Assembly (NCBI GenBank): GCA_003155695.1
Contig: PMDZ01000005.1
Span: 49,913 to 113,912 of the forward strand
Length of the DNA stretch: 64,000 bases
Direction of reading: 5' to 3'
DNA from: Candidatus Nomurabacteria bacterium
Lineage (GTDB): Bacteria; Patescibacteriota; Minisyncoccia; Phycocordibacterales; UBA9973
In this document: positions 37,297-47,209 of the stretch, one piece after another
Position numbering within the stretch: position 1 is the stretch's first letter
Layout: each line of letters begins with the position of its first letter
The notes under the pieces: model-generated
What the model saw: only the letters and a program-made list of their open reading frames with translations
What the model was told of the DNA's origin: nothing
The model's database searches: none
Program-made: the position numbers and the translations under genes

Positions 37297-38505
37297 TTAT
37301 AGTATTTTTACAATCTGATTTAAGTTTTTAATAAATATTTCCGCTTCTTCCATCGTGTTATATAAATATAAAGAGACTCGCGCAGAATTGTAAATCTTTT
37401 TATTTTCAAACCAAGAATGCACACAATGTCTTCCGGAACGTATTGCGATATTTGCCATTTCATCCAGCATTATTGCAATTTTATGCATATCTGTTCCTTC
37501 AATGTAAAAATTCACAATACCAGATTTAAGTTTTTGATCTTCTGGGCCAATAATTTTTATCTGCGGAATTTTCTTTAATTCTTCCGTGATATAAGTATTT
37601 AATCTTAATTCATGTTCAGCGATGTCTTTAAAATCAAACTGGCTTAAATATTTTACCGCTCTCCCTAGCCCGATAATTCCAGCATAATTCTGGAGCCCAG
37701 CTTCAAATTTCTCAGGAATTGGGAGCATTTTATAGCTATCATAGGTGGTAAATTCAACTGTATCTCCACCAACCATGAAGGGCTGCAATTTCTCCAGCAA
37801 CTCGCGCTTGCCATAAAAAACTCCAGTGCCGGTCGGGCCCAACATTTTGTGTCCCGAGAAGGCCAAGAAATCAACATTCAAATCTTGCACGTCTATTTTT
37901 CTATGAGCAATACTTTGGGCGGCATCGACAAAGACAAGAGCATTATTTTTGTGAGCAATTTCTGTAATTTCTTTTATCGGATTTGTCACCCCGTCCAGAT
38001 TTGAAGTGTGAACAATAGAAACAATTTTTGCACCGGCAATTATTTTGGAAAAATTATCCAAATTAAAACTCCCATTTTCGTTTCCGGGAATTATTTTTAC
38101 AACTATACCAATCTTGTCCCGCAGGACTAGCCACGGAACCAAATTCGAATTGTGCTCTTTATCAGAAATTAAAACGATATCATCTTTCTTCAAGCCAATA
38201 GAATTTGCGAATAAATTTATTCCCTCGGTCGTATTCCGGGTAAAAATTATTTCATCGTCGCTATTTGCATTTATGAATTTTGCGATAATTTGTCTCGCCT
38301 CCTTCACTTTCTCTGTAGCTTTATTGCTCAGTTTATGAAAACTCCTAAGCGCGCATGCCGGATAGTTGAAATAATATTCATTCATGGCCTCTACCACTTG
38401 ATTTGGCTTTAGACTCATACAGGCACTATCAAAATATATAGGAGCAGGCCCATTTTTACCATTTAAAATATTAAAATCCGCCCTTATTTTTTTAGTATTT
38501 AACAT
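37297..38505 (-). CDS. Cysteine desulfurase (class V aminotransferase, SufS/CsdA-like)
   Basis: It has the PLP-lysine region (SGHKMLGPTGTGVFYGK) and a C-terminal RSGRHC motif with the catalytic Cys. Confidence 0.75.
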   Translation of the reverse strand: MLNTKKIRADFNILNGKNGPAPIYFDSACMSLKPNQVVEAMNEYYFNYPACALRSFHKLSNKATEKVKEARQIIAKFINANSDDEIIFTRNTTEGINLFANSIGLKKDDIVLISDKEHNSNLVPWLVLRDKIGIVVKIIPGNENGSFNLDNFSKIIAGAKIVSIVHTSNLDGVTNPIKEITEIAHKNNALVFVDAAQSIAHRKIDVQDLNVDFLAFSGHKMLGPTGTGVFYGKRELLEKLQPFMVGGDTVEFTTYDSYKMLPIPEKFEAGLQNYAGIIGLGRAVKYLSQFDFKDIAEHELRLNTYITEELKKIPQIKIIGPEDQKLKSGIVNFYIEGTDMHKIAIMLDEMANIAIRSGRHCVHSWFENKKIYNSARVSLYLYNTMEEAEIFIKNLNQIVKIL

Positions 38506-38531
38506 AACAATTACCGATTATAGCACATATT

Positions 38532-38930
38532 TTACTGTTCGGTCGTCACTCCATCAAATTCCGGTCCATCTTTTTCAGCCTCACTCTTGGTTGCACGAAC
38601 TATGCCATCTTTATGATGAGCAGGAGAATAAATTGTGTAAAGCTTAAGACCATCACTGCCTGCCGTGACGTTGTGATTTGCCCCGGAAGGGACGATAACC
38701 GCATCGCCATCTTTAACTTCATAAATCATGTCATTAATTATGACTTGACCACTGCCCTTTTCGAAACGGAAAAATTGGTCATTGTCGGTGTGCACTTCCA
38801 TACCAATTTCTTCGTTTGGCAATAAACTCATAAGAACAAGCTGACAATGCTCGCCCGTATATAAAACCTTGCGAAAATTATTATTCTCCGTTGTTAATTT
38901 TTCTATATTATCTTTGTATCCTTTTTTCAT
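38532..38930 (-). CDS. Cupin-domain protein
   Basis: A 132-aa protein with cupin motifs (HTDNDQFFRFEKGSG...VPSGANHNV). Confidence 0.55.
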   Translation of the reverse strand: MKKGYKDNIEKLTTENNNFRKVLYTGEHCQLVLMSLLPNEEIGMEVHTDNDQFFRFEKGSGQVIINDMIYEVKDGDAVIVPSGANHNVTAGSDGLKLYTIYSPAHHKDGIVRATKSEAEKDGPEFDGVTTEQ

Positions 38931-38977
38931 ATATTTGTATTAATATTAATTTTTCTAATATGCCAATTATACCATCT

Positions 38978-39580
38978 TTATTCTAATTTACGCATTATAA
39001 ACTTTTTACCGAAAGAAATAATGAGTAAAACCAGAACCAGCCCTATAATTAAAGAAATTTTTCCAACTGTTGTATTTATCGACTGCCAGCTGTCGGCAAA
39101 AAAATAACCTATCAAAGAATAAAAACAAACCTGAGTAATACTTCCCAAAAACTCATGGACAAAATATTTCCTATAATTTGTTTTGCTTATTCCGGAAAGA
39201 AGATTAACCGACAATGTCGACAAAACTTCAAAACGACTGATAAAAACAATTAAACCCGGACGTTTATTAAACTTATTTTCTAAACTTTTATAACCATCCG
39301 ACTCTAAAACTCTTCGGAAACCAACACGAGAAAGAACTTCCCTACCGTATTTTCTCGCTATCCAGTATCCCAGATTATCTCCTAAAATATTTCCGGTAAT
39401 CGAAAGAATAATTACCCAATAAATATTAAAGTATCCGATGCGCGCATAGGCCGATGCTGCTGTCAGTATACTTCCGGAGGGAATTGGAATAATGAACGCT
39501 GCCACAAAAGCAATGGCAAAGATTGTTGCATATCTATAAAGTAACAAATATGAGATTAGGGCCTGCAATATAATATTCAT
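38978..39580 (-). CDS. DedA/SNARE-associated family membrane protein
   Basis: It has the DedA core (FIIPIPSGSILTAASAYARIGYFNIYWVIILSITGNILGDNLGYWIARKYG). The start is taken at MNIILQ. Confidence 0.65.
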   Translation of the reverse strand: MNIILQALISYLLLYRYATIFAIAFVAAFIIPIPSGSILTAASAYARIGYFNIYWVIILSITGNILGDNLGYWIARKYGREVLSRVGFRRVLESDGYKSLENKFNKRPGLIVFISRFEVLSTLSVNLLSGISKTNYRKYFVHEFLGSITQVCFYSLIGYFFADSWQSINTTVGKISLIIGLVLVLLIISFGKKFIMRKLE

Positions 39581-39748
39581 AACAAAAAGAATAAAACCTC
39601 CAACCCTTAAAATATACCACAATAAACGCGAAACTTATACAGAATAATGTAATTCCAAACGAAAAACCGACTCGTAACGTATCAAATATGTTTACGAACC
39701 AGTTTTTTATCTTTGTTTAATATAAAGATTATGTTAAAAAAAATTATG

Positions 39749-40078
39749 CTAAACAGTTGGGTGCTCCAATTCTCTTCTAATTGAATTCGCCTCTTTAATC
39801 TTCCCTTCATTTGCCAATTTCCAAGCTTCGACAAACTTATCAAAATTATCTTGCGTAATAACATCACTTACACTACCATCTCCTACTTTATTTTCTATGA
39901 GATCCTTCCAACCATTATAGTCTTTATTAGTCAAGACTTCAGTAATCTCTGCTTGAAAGTCCGGAGTATAATTTGGGCCATTTTTTGAAAAATCTCCTTG
40001 ATATGCAAAAGCGCTTCCCGAAACACCTAAACCTAACACTAGAGCCATCAAACCACTCATCATCAATTTATTTCTCAT
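39749..40078 (-). CDS. Small secreted hypothetical protein
   Basis: It has a signal peptide (MSGLMALVLGLGVSGSAFA) and a ~85-aa mature protein. Confidence 0.3.
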   Translation of the reverse strand: MRNKLMMSGLMALVLGLGVSGSAFAYQGDFSKNGPNYTPDFQAEITEVLTNKDYNGWKDLIENKVGDGSVSDVITQDNFDKFVEAWKLANEGKIKEANSIRRELEHPTV

Positions 40079-40184
40079 TTTTTTGTTGTTTACTTTGTTT
40101 ACATCTCACAAAGTATTTAGTTAATGTTTATAAGTGTAAATGATTGTCGTCATCTACACCCATAATACGCGAGAGATTTGAGTT

Positions 40185-40904
40185 TTATCTCACTGTGCAA
40201 CAATCCTGATTTATGCCGTTCCCAGCTGGGTATATCTCTTCCGCATTGAAGATGATTGTATTGTCTTTTTTGTCTCCGATGATTTTTATTATTTTCCCTA
40301 CACCAATTTTAGCCTGTTTATCTATAGAGGCACTTCCAATATTTATATCCCAAATGACACTATCGGCGTCGACTATCTTAATTAAACTTCCATCAACTAT
40401 TATTATTTTCCCCAAAAGAAGTCCTTCTTCCGGTTGAGACCAAAATCCGTTCCTGTCGAATATTACGGCGTTATAAACCGGGACATTCGCGGATATGGAT
40501 TGTTCTATAATTTCTCCCAACCCAAATAAATAAAGAATGGACCCGATAATGACTGTTAAAATAATATATGCACCGATAATTGTCATCAAGCGATGACGGT
40601 GGCCTAATAGTGTCTTTCGGTAATAAAATTCACCCAAAATAGTAAACAACAAAAGACAAATTACCCAGAAGTATGGTAACGATTTTAAAATAAAACCGAA
40701 TCCAAATTTATTATACAAATACCAATCATTATTAAATAAAATGGAAAGAGTTACAGAAAATGATACCGCTCCGACAAGAACAGCGAATCCGACAAGGGAC
40801 CAAAAAAGAACTCTCTTTAGGTTAAAGACATTTTTGGAAATTGGCTTGATACCACTTTCTTTAATCTTTTCAAATGCTATTTGACTTATATCTTTGTTTT
40901 CCAT
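40185..40904 (-). CDS. Membrane protein downstream of an ECF sigma gene, candidate anti-sigma factor
   Basis: A 239-aa protein with four TM segments and a C-terminal soluble domain. Its start is directly adjacent to the stop of the sigma factor. Confidence 0.3.
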   Translation of the reverse strand: MENKDISQIAFEKIKESGIKPISKNVFNLKRVLFWSLVGFAVLVGAVSFSVTLSILFNNDWYLYNKFGFGFILKSLPYFWVICLLLFTILGEFYYRKTLLGHRHRLMTIIGAYIILTVIIGSILYLFGLGEIIEQSISANVPVYNAVIFDRNGFWSQPEEGLLLGKIIIVDGSLIKIVDADSVIWDINIGSASIDKQAKIGVGKIIKIIGDKKDNTIIFNAEEIYPAGNGINQDCCTVR

Positions 40905-40905
40905 A

Positions 40906-41565
40906 CTATTTTAATTTTTCGTACTCTTTCTTGAAAAGTATTTTTCCTCTAGCTATTAAATTCCCGACCGTACTTGTTGGTTTTTTCAAGATATCGGCTA
41001 TTTCCACATAATCCTTTTCATCAAGAAACCTAAGGATAAGAACTTCACGATATTTTTCATCCAGCATTGAAAGTGCTTCGTCTATCTTTTGTCGGTCTAT
41101 TGAATTATCTATATCTTTAACTATATCAAAAGCATCTTCAAATCTGTCTATGTCTTCCTTCTCGAGCGATATCGTTGGTCTGATGGATTTCTTTCTGATT
41201 TCACTGATAGTTTGATTGTGGGCAATGCGATATATCCAGGAAGAAAATTTCAAATCGGGGTTAAACTCATTTAAGTTATAATATGTTTTTATGAAAACAT
41301 CCTGTAATATATCTTCGGCATCTTCTCTGTCCAGTCTTGAGATTCTCATGATATAGCGAAGGAGTTTGTCTTCATATCTCCTCGTTAGACACAAAAAATG
41401 ATCAGAGTTGTCGAGCGACAATTTGACCAGTTCACTATCCGACTTTTCGTTACAGTCTTCATGATTTGTCATTACACATACATTATACGCATATTGGGGC
41501 AATTTTGTCGCGTTCTGGAGAAAAAAGACTGATAATATCTTAATTATCAGTCTTTTTAGAAACAC
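40906..41565 (-). CDS. ECF-type RNA polymerase sigma factor
   Basis: It has region 2 (DILQDVFIKTYYNLNEF...SSWIYRIAHNQTISEIRKK) and region 4 (REVLILRFLDEKDYVEIADILKKPTSTVGNLIARGK). The N-terminal ~30 aa of the ORF may be leader. Confidence 0.75.
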   Translation of the reverse strand: MFLKRLIIKILSVFFLQNATKLPQYAYNVCVMTNHEDCNEKSDSELVKLSLDNSDHFLCLTRRYEDKLLRYIMRISRLDREDAEDILQDVFIKTYYNLNEFNPDLKFSSWIYRIAHNQTISEIRKKSIRPTISLEKEDIDRFEDAFDIVKDIDNSIDRQKIDEALSMLDEKYREVLILRFLDEKDYVEIADILKKPTSTVGNLIARGKILFKKEYEKLK

Positions 41566-41600
41566 ATTATTTTATTATATGTATGTGCTTTTCTTTTTTC

Positions 41601-42233
41601 TTATTTCATATCTACAGCTGGGACAGGATTTGTTGGAGTTTCTGATTTCATTTTTGAAAATTCACGATACATCATTATCATAATAATAAAACCAATCGGG
41701 TAAGTCACAAACCCTCCGACAAAGAAAACAATGAAACCAACCGCCATAAATAATCCAATAAGAAAGCTTTTCCAAAATAATTGCCAACCGTAACCTTTTG
41801 TCATATTCCAAGCTTCTTCTATTGTTATTCTTGCTCCCTGATTTTTTTCTACCGAAAGATATATTGCAAATATCAAACGCCCGCAAACATACAATCCCGG
41901 AATTACAAGTAATATGATTCCGCCAAGAATCGACAACATGTATAAAATTATTGTTTTGAACAAGTTCCAAAATTGTGGAAGTGAAGGTAAAGCTTCTTTG
42001 GAAAAAGGATTGAAATCTTTTTTATCGACTAAACTAAAACCAAAACGTATCCAAATATATGCGAGTATCAAACTAACGACATAAGAAAGTGTCGCCAATA
42101 TCAAATTATGACCGGAACCGACAGCCTTGACCACCAGAGTTATAACAAGTAATAATATGAACGTCCCAAAATGTAGCTTGTAAATTGGCCACACTTCTTT
42201 GATTTTAGCCCAAATTTTAAATGTAAATTGCAT
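41601..42233 (-). CDS. Hypothetical polytopic membrane protein
   Basis: A 210-aa protein with about five TM helices. Confidence 0.3.
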   Translation of the reverse strand: MQFTFKIWAKIKEVWPIYKLHFGTFILLLVITLVVKAVGSGHNLILATLSYVVSLILAYIWIRFGFSLVDKKDFNPFSKEALPSLPQFWNLFKTIILYMLSILGGIILLVIPGLYVCGRLIFAIYLSVEKNQGARITIEEAWNMTKGYGWQLFWKSFLIGLFMAVGFIVFFVGGFVTYPIGFIIMIMMYREFSKMKSETPTNPVPAVDMK

Positions 42234-42291
42234 AAAAATTATAATTAGAAATTAATAATAAGTTTTTATATTATACCATATAAGATTAAAT

Positions 42292-42552
42292 TTATGCATT
42301 TATTAATTTGAGTTTTTCGCTCCTTTTCATCTTCTTGACAATAATTTCTCTCTTCAGCGATTTACTCTTGGTTCTATATTTTTCGAAATAAACCAACTTA
42401 ACAGGGCGACGAGCTTTGGTATACCGCGCTCCGGATTTTAATTTATTGTGAGCAAGAACCCTTTTGGCAAGGTTATTAGTATATCCAGTGTAGAGAGTTT
42501 TGTCTTTACATTTTAAAATATAAACATAGTGTTCCACCAGTTTATTATACAA
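42292..42552 (-). CDS. GIY-YIG nuclease-superfamily small protein (UPF0213-like)
   Basis: It has a YVYILKCKDKTLYTGYTNNLAKRVLAHN GIY-YIG core. At 86 aa it has the single-domain size. Confidence 0.7.
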   Translation of the reverse strand: MYNKLVEHYVYILKCKDKTLYTGYTNNLAKRVLAHNKLKSGARYTKARRPVKLVYFEKYRTKSKSLKREIIVKKMKRSEKLKLINA

Positions 42553-42558
42553 CTAATT

Positions 42559-42585
42559 CTCCGCTAGGACTTTCCTAGCGGAGAG
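42559..42585 (-). other. Perfect 10-bp inverted repeat (ctccgctagg-actttc-cctagcggag) overlapping the stop of the DUF45 gene
   Basis: The hairpin was read directly from the sequence and has no adjacent U-tract. Confidence 0.4.
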
Positions 42586-42919
42586 TCAGTTGGTTCTTCC
42601 TTAGATTTTTCCTAATTTCTTTATAGCCTGGAACAGTTTTCGCCACCAAATCCCAAAATTTACGTGAGTGATTAAATTCTCCGAGGTGACACAATTCATG
42701 GACGATAATATAATCGGATGATTTTTGAGGAAGCAGGGCAATTTTATAATTGAAATTCAAGTTCCCTTTTTTGGAACAGCTTCCCCAGCGGGTTTTTTGG
42801 TTGCGGATAACGATTCGATTCCATTTATAATTATAAAACATATTAAAATATTCAATTCTATCTTTGACAATTTGAAGTGCCTTATCTTTATTTTCCAGAT
42901 AATTTTTATTTCTCTTCAT
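42575..42919 (-). CDS. DUF45/YgjP-like (SprT/WLM-type) metal-dependent hydrolase, short form
   Basis: It has the family core TRWGSCSKKGNLNFNYKIALLPQKSSDYIIVHELCHLGEFNHSRKFW with an HExxH motif. Confidence 0.6.
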   Translation of the reverse strand: MKRNKNYLENKDKALQIVKDRIEYFNMFYNYKWNRIVIRNQKTRWGSCSKKGNLNFNYKIALLPQKSSDYIIVHELCHLGEFNHSRKFWDLVAKTVPGYKEIRKNLRKNQLTLR

Positions 42920-42925
42920 AAAAAA

Positions 42926-43441
42926 TTATTTCTTTTTCTTTGCTACTATTTTTTTTGCTGAAACTTTTGCAACCGGTACTTTCTTAACTTCCTGTTTAAC
43001 AACAATAGGGGCAGTATTTATGACAGGTTTTGTTTCTTTTGGCTGAGGAAGTTTCTCTATCGCCGCCATGATGCGGTCAAGTCTGGCATTTATTTCTCCA
43101 AATTGCTTGGTCATATCATTCTGAGTTCCCATGGGCTTTGAAAAAGGTGGCGGTGGCAAAGGTCTATCATTAAATTCTCTTTTTGGTCCATGATCTCCGA
43201 AATCTCTACGAGGTCCGCGATCATCATTACCTCTTTTTTTACTAAAACATTCATTGCAATACACAGGCTTATCGCCCGATGGACGAAAAGGAACTTCACA
43301 ACTTTTGTGACATTCATCGCAAATTGCTTTATACATTGTAACTTCACCTCTATCACTTCGATAATTTGACCTTCCTCCGCTATTTCCACCTCTGAAACCT
43401 CCTCCTCTATTTCCACCACCATTACCTTGAAAATTTGCCAT
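42926..43441 (-). CDS. RGG/Gly-Arg-rich protein with a CxxC-N17-CxxC zinc ribbon and a Lys-rich C-terminus; possible nucleic-acid-binding protein
   Basis: It has GNGGGNRGGGFRGGNSGGR repeats, then CDECHKSCEVPFRPSGDKPVYCNEC, then a basic tail (KKVPVAKVSAKKIVAKKKK). The start is taken at MANFQG (43441). Confidence 0.4.
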   Translation of the reverse strand: MANFQGNGGGNRGGGFRGGNSGGRSNYRSDRGEVTMYKAICDECHKSCEVPFRPSGDKPVYCNECFSKKRGNDDRGPRRDFGDHGPKREFNDRPLPPPPFSKPMGTQNDMTKQFGEINARLDRIMAAIEKLPQPKETKPVINTAPIVVKQEVKKVPVAKVSAKKIVAKKKK

Positions 43442-43574
43442 AAAATTATGTATATTTTTACCTGCCACGCTGGACAAGTTATTATGATTATGAATAGATA
43501 ATATGCTTTTAGACCTCAAAAAGCAAGAAGAGTGTAATTATTTTGAATTTCTGATATAATTACTGAACATTTAT

Positions 43575-44171
43575 ATGGAAATTTTCCTTCAGCATATTGC
43601 TACTTGGCTTGATTCCTCAAAATATATTCTGCTTTTTTTAGGTTGTATTATTGAAGGTCCGGTCGTCATGATGATTAGTGGCTTTCTTTTCAGTCTCGGT
43701 CAATTTCATTTACTCCCTATGTATGTGGCTCTAGTCTCTGGCGATTTTACTGCAGATATCGGCTGGTATATTTTGGGTAGATTTGGAACCCGCAATGCCA
43801 TTTTCAAATACGGGCATTTTATTGGCTTAACTCCGGAGATTCTCGAGAAAGTGGAAGACCGCTTTAGACATTATCATCAGAAAATTTTAATCATTTCAAA
43901 ACTAACGATGGGTTTCGGGTTTGCCGTGGTAGTCTTGATGGTTGCCGGTATGTTTAAAGTTCCTTTCAAAAATTATGTTGTTTTGAATCTTGTCGGTGGT
44001 TTTATTTGGACAGCATTCCTCCTGGTTGTAGGTTACTTTTTTGGCAATGTATTTGCTATAATTCCAAAGTCGTTTAAGATTGTTTTTATTGTATTTGTAA
44101 TAACAATATTTATCGTCGGTATAAAATATGCCAACAAATATATTATGAAAAAAGAAATATGGACCCGATAA
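43575..44171 (+). CDS. DedA/SNARE-associated family membrane protein
   Basis: It has the DedA core (LLFLGCIIEGPVVMMISGFLFSLGQF...GDFTADIGWYILGRFG). Confidence 0.7.
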   Translation: MEIFLQHIATWLDSSKYILLFLGCIIEGPVVMMISGFLFSLGQFHLLPMYVALVSGDFTADIGWYILGRFGTRNAIFKYGHFIGLTPEILEKVEDRFRHYHQKILIISKLTMGFGFAVVVLMVAGMFKVPFKNYVVLNLVGGFIWTAFLLVVGYFFGNVFAIIPKSFKIVFIVFVITIFIVGIKYANKYIMKKEIWTR

Positions 44172-44887
44172 TATCAATTATTATTCCCACATTAAACGAA
44201 GAAAAAATTCTTGAGAAGACATTAAAGTCTTTGAGGGAGTTTAGGGGTAGCTACGAAATAATAGTTTCCGATGGAAAAAGCACAGATAAAACACTAAGTA
44301 TTGCCAGACAATACGCCGACCAAATTGTCGAATATAAGGATGAACCTAGACAAACAATTGCGATGGGGAGAAATCTCGGAGCCAAAGTCGCCAAGAGCAA
44401 ATATCTTGTTTTTGTCGATGCCGATGTGACAATTCCCGATATAAATAATTTTTTTGCCAAAGCTGTCGATTTATTCGAAAAAAACAATAAGTTGGTTGGA
44501 CTGACAGCTTTCGTCAAAGTTTTTCCGGAAATGTGCACATTCGGCGATAGATTATTTTTTGGGGTTGTTAATATGGGCAGTTATTTTTTTAATAATATTT
44601 TAAATAGTGGTAGCGCTCTGGGCGAATTTCAGATGATTCGATCCGATACTTTCAGAAAGTTAGGTGGATATAACGAGAAAATAGTCGTCGGTGAAGACAT
44701 TGAAATGTTTTCGAGATTATCACGTATCGGAAAAGTCCATACAGAGCCATCCATATACATACTCCATACATCAAGACGTGCACACAATATCGGTTGGTCA
44801 TCGTTGTTCTTTTTTAGTATAAAAAATGCTATTCATCTTCGTCTTTATAAACGTTCTTCCGTTTTGGAATGGGAACCTATTCGTTAG
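44159..44887 (+). CDS. Family 2 glycosyltransferase
   Basis: It has ISIIIPTLNEEKIL, the DxD motif (VFVDADV) and the GT-A fold size. Confidence 0.75.
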   Translation: MDPIISIIIPTLNEEKILEKTLKSLREFRGSYEIIVSDGKSTDKTLSIARQYADQIVEYKDEPRQTIAMGRNLGAKVAKSKYLVFVDADVTIPDINNFFAKAVDLFEKNNKLVGLTAFVKVFPEMCTFGDRLFFGVVNMGSYFFNNILNSGSALGEFQMIRSDTFRKLGGYNEKIVVGEDIEMFSRLSRIGKVHTEPSIYILHTSRRAHNIGWSSLFFFSIKNAIHLRLYKRSSVLEWEPIR

Positions 44888-46205
44888 AGAGAACCTCGTC
44901 TATCGTGCTTCCTTTTTTGTAAATAATCAGACCCTCTTCTGATTTCTCCCATACTTTTTGTAAAGCATCCAATATTCGCCAAGCCTCGAGAATTTCATCA
45001 CTGGTAGTGAACAAACTGTGGTCGGAATTCATAGCGTTGAACAATACCTGCTCATAAGCTTCCGGCAAGATATCATAGTGTTCTCTGAATTTGAAACTGA
45101 GCTTATGTTGATTCACCTTGCGTTCATAGCCCGGTTGCTTGGCCCACATGTTGAACTGAATTCCCTCTTCCGGCTGAAGTCGTAATAGCAGTTCGTTCGA
45201 TTCGCGGTCCTTGTCTTTTTTATACAAAATTCTGATTTCGGTAAACTTGTTCTTGAGTGCTTTACCTGTTGTCAGAGTTATTGGCACACCGCGCCATCTT
45301 TCGTCGTTCGACTCGAGTGTTATCGAGACAAAAGTTTCCACCCGACTATTCGGGTTATTAACCTCCGAAGTATATCCTTCGTACTGTCCACGTTTGGCAT
45401 TTCTGTCCATATCGAAAAGAACTATATGTTTAAGCGCTTCCAAACGCAAAAGAGGAACCTCGTCCAATTTATCGTCATCGGGCAATTTCATCAATGTCAG
45501 GGCCAGTAATTGCAAAAGGTGACTTTGAACATAGTCACGAAGTGCTCCCACTTGTTCATAAAAGTTTGCTCTTCCCTCTATTCCTATTTCTTCCGAGGCA
45601 ATAATTTCAATCTTTTCTATGAAATCTTTATTCCAGGTCTTTTTGAAAAGCGAATTACCGGCACGAAAGACAATAATATTCTGAGCTGTTTCTTTGGCCA
45701 TATAATGGTCCACTCGGTAAACTTGTTTCGGCAAAAAATATTTGTCGGTGTGTTTGGCTAAACTTGTCGCATTTTCCAAGTTAACTCCAAATGGTTTTTC
45801 AAGTAATAATTTTGTCTCCCCGATTACAGACAACCCCGATATTCCCAGAAATTCTATAATTGACTTTGAGACTTGTGGTGGAACCGATAGATAAAATATA
45901 TATTGGCAAGGTACGTCAAACTTTTCGGATATCTTTTTTAGGTGTTCACCTAATTTTTTATAGTCATCAATATTTGTGACATCGATTTGTTTCAAGCTCA
46001 TGTGATTGCGCAAATATTCTGCATTAGAGGTTTTCTTCAAAAGATTTTCTATTTTTATATCTGGTTGCCGAGTAAGACCGATAATGTGAAATTGCTCAGG
46101 CATCATCCCGGCATTTGCGATAGCGCCAATGGCCGGCAACAAATACCGCCTGGCTAAATCGCCGGAGATTCCAAAGATTATAAGAATTGTCGGTTTATTA
46201 TTCAT
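44877..46205 (-). CDS. zwf: Glucose-6-phosphate 1-dehydrogenase
   Basis: It has the N-terminal Rossmann motif ILIIFGISGDLARRYLLPAI, EKPFG and DHYMAKE. Confidence 0.85.
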   Translation of the reverse strand: MNNKPTILIIFGISGDLARRYLLPAIGAIANAGMMPEQFHIIGLTRQPDIKIENLLKKTSNAEYLRNHMSLKQIDVTNIDDYKKLGEHLKKISEKFDVPCQYIFYLSVPPQVSKSIIEFLGISGLSVIGETKLLLEKPFGVNLENATSLAKHTDKYFLPKQVYRVDHYMAKETAQNIIVFRAGNSLFKKTWNKDFIEKIEIIASEEIGIEGRANFYEQVGALRDYVQSHLLQLLALTLMKLPDDDKLDEVPLLRLEALKHIVLFDMDRNAKRGQYEGYTSEVNNPNSRVETFVSITLESNDERWRGVPITLTTGKALKNKFTEIRILYKKDKDRESNELLLRLQPEEGIQFNMWAKQPGYERKVNQHKLSFKFREHYDILPEAYEQVLFNAMNSDHSLFTTSDEILEAWRILDALQKVWEKSEEGLIIYKKGSTIDEVLSNE

Positions 46206-47117
46206 TTATTTTTCTTGATTATTTATTTTATGTCCACCAAAAGCGTTTCTCATTGAAGCCAATAATTTTGTGGCAAAATTAACTTTGCCTTTTTGTGAAT
46301 CAAGTCGAACGTCAAATGAAGTTTGGATGGCTTTCATCTCGATATTAAAATCTTTCGCCACTTCAAGCGCCCACTTCGCTTCGCCACTCTCGGCGACACT
46401 TCCTTCCACATTATTTTGTCCGGGATTTTCTTTCATAATGTCTTTTGTAAGTTCATTCAGCCATGAAGTGATAACACTGTGATGTTGCCAAACCTCTCCG
46501 ACTTTGTATAAATCCAAATTTTTGTATGGACCTTCTTTGAGCAATCTGTATCCTTCAGCCAGGCTTTCCATCATACCATACTCGATAGCATTGTGAACCA
46601 TTTTGACGTAGTGTCCAGAACCGCTTTCTCCGAAATGTGCGTACATTCCTTCCGGATTCTTAAGAGTCTCAAGCACCGTCTTGATAATTTCAACTGCTTG
46701 GCTATCACCTCCCACCATCATCGAAAATCCGTTTTGATAACCCCAAATACCTCCACTCGTGCCAATATCAATGAGGACCGAACCGCTATTTTTCACAATC
46801 TCTGCTCTTCTTTTCGTATCGCTCCATTTGGAATTCCCGCCATCAATAAGAACACTGCCCTTCGGTACAAGTTTAAGCCAAGTTTCAAGTTCACTGTCAA
46901 CAATATCTGCTGGCACCATGAGCCAAATAATTACTTTGTCAGTTCCAAAAGCCGAAATGACTTCTTTTTTCGTATAAGCACCAATCATTCCAAACTTTTT
47001 CATTTCATCTATAGGGGCAGGACTTCTGTTTGAAGCAATAACAATATGCCCCCCTTCGTGGAGTTTACGGACAATCTGCGAACCCATTCTTCCTAGACCA
47101 TAAATTGCTATTTTCAT
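46206..47117 (-). CDS. gnd: 6-phosphogluconate dehydrogenase, decarboxylating (short ~300-aa form)
   Basis: It has the NAD(P)-binding N-terminus MKIAIYGLGRMGSQIV and a 6PGDH C-terminal helical domain. It is adjacent to zwf and pgl. Confidence 0.75.
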   Translation of the reverse strand: MKIAIYGLGRMGSQIVRKLHEGGHIVIASNRSPAPIDEMKKFGMIGAYTKKEVISAFGTDKVIIWLMVPADIVDSELETWLKLVPKGSVLIDGGNSKWSDTKRRAEIVKNSGSVLIDIGTSGGIWGYQNGFSMMVGGDSQAVEIIKTVLETLKNPEGMYAHFGESGSGHYVKMVHNAIEYGMMESLAEGYRLLKEGPYKNLDLYKVGEVWQHHSVITSWLNELTKDIMKENPGQNNVEGSVAESGEAKWALEVAKDFNIEMKAIQTSFDVRLDSQKGKVNFATKLLASMRNAFGGHKINNQEK

Positions 47118-47209
47118 ATATTTTTTAAGCGAAACAAATTATATCATGAAAAAATGTCTGACATTACACTCATCCAGTTTTTTCAGGATATAATTTGTGT
47201 AGCTTAGTT

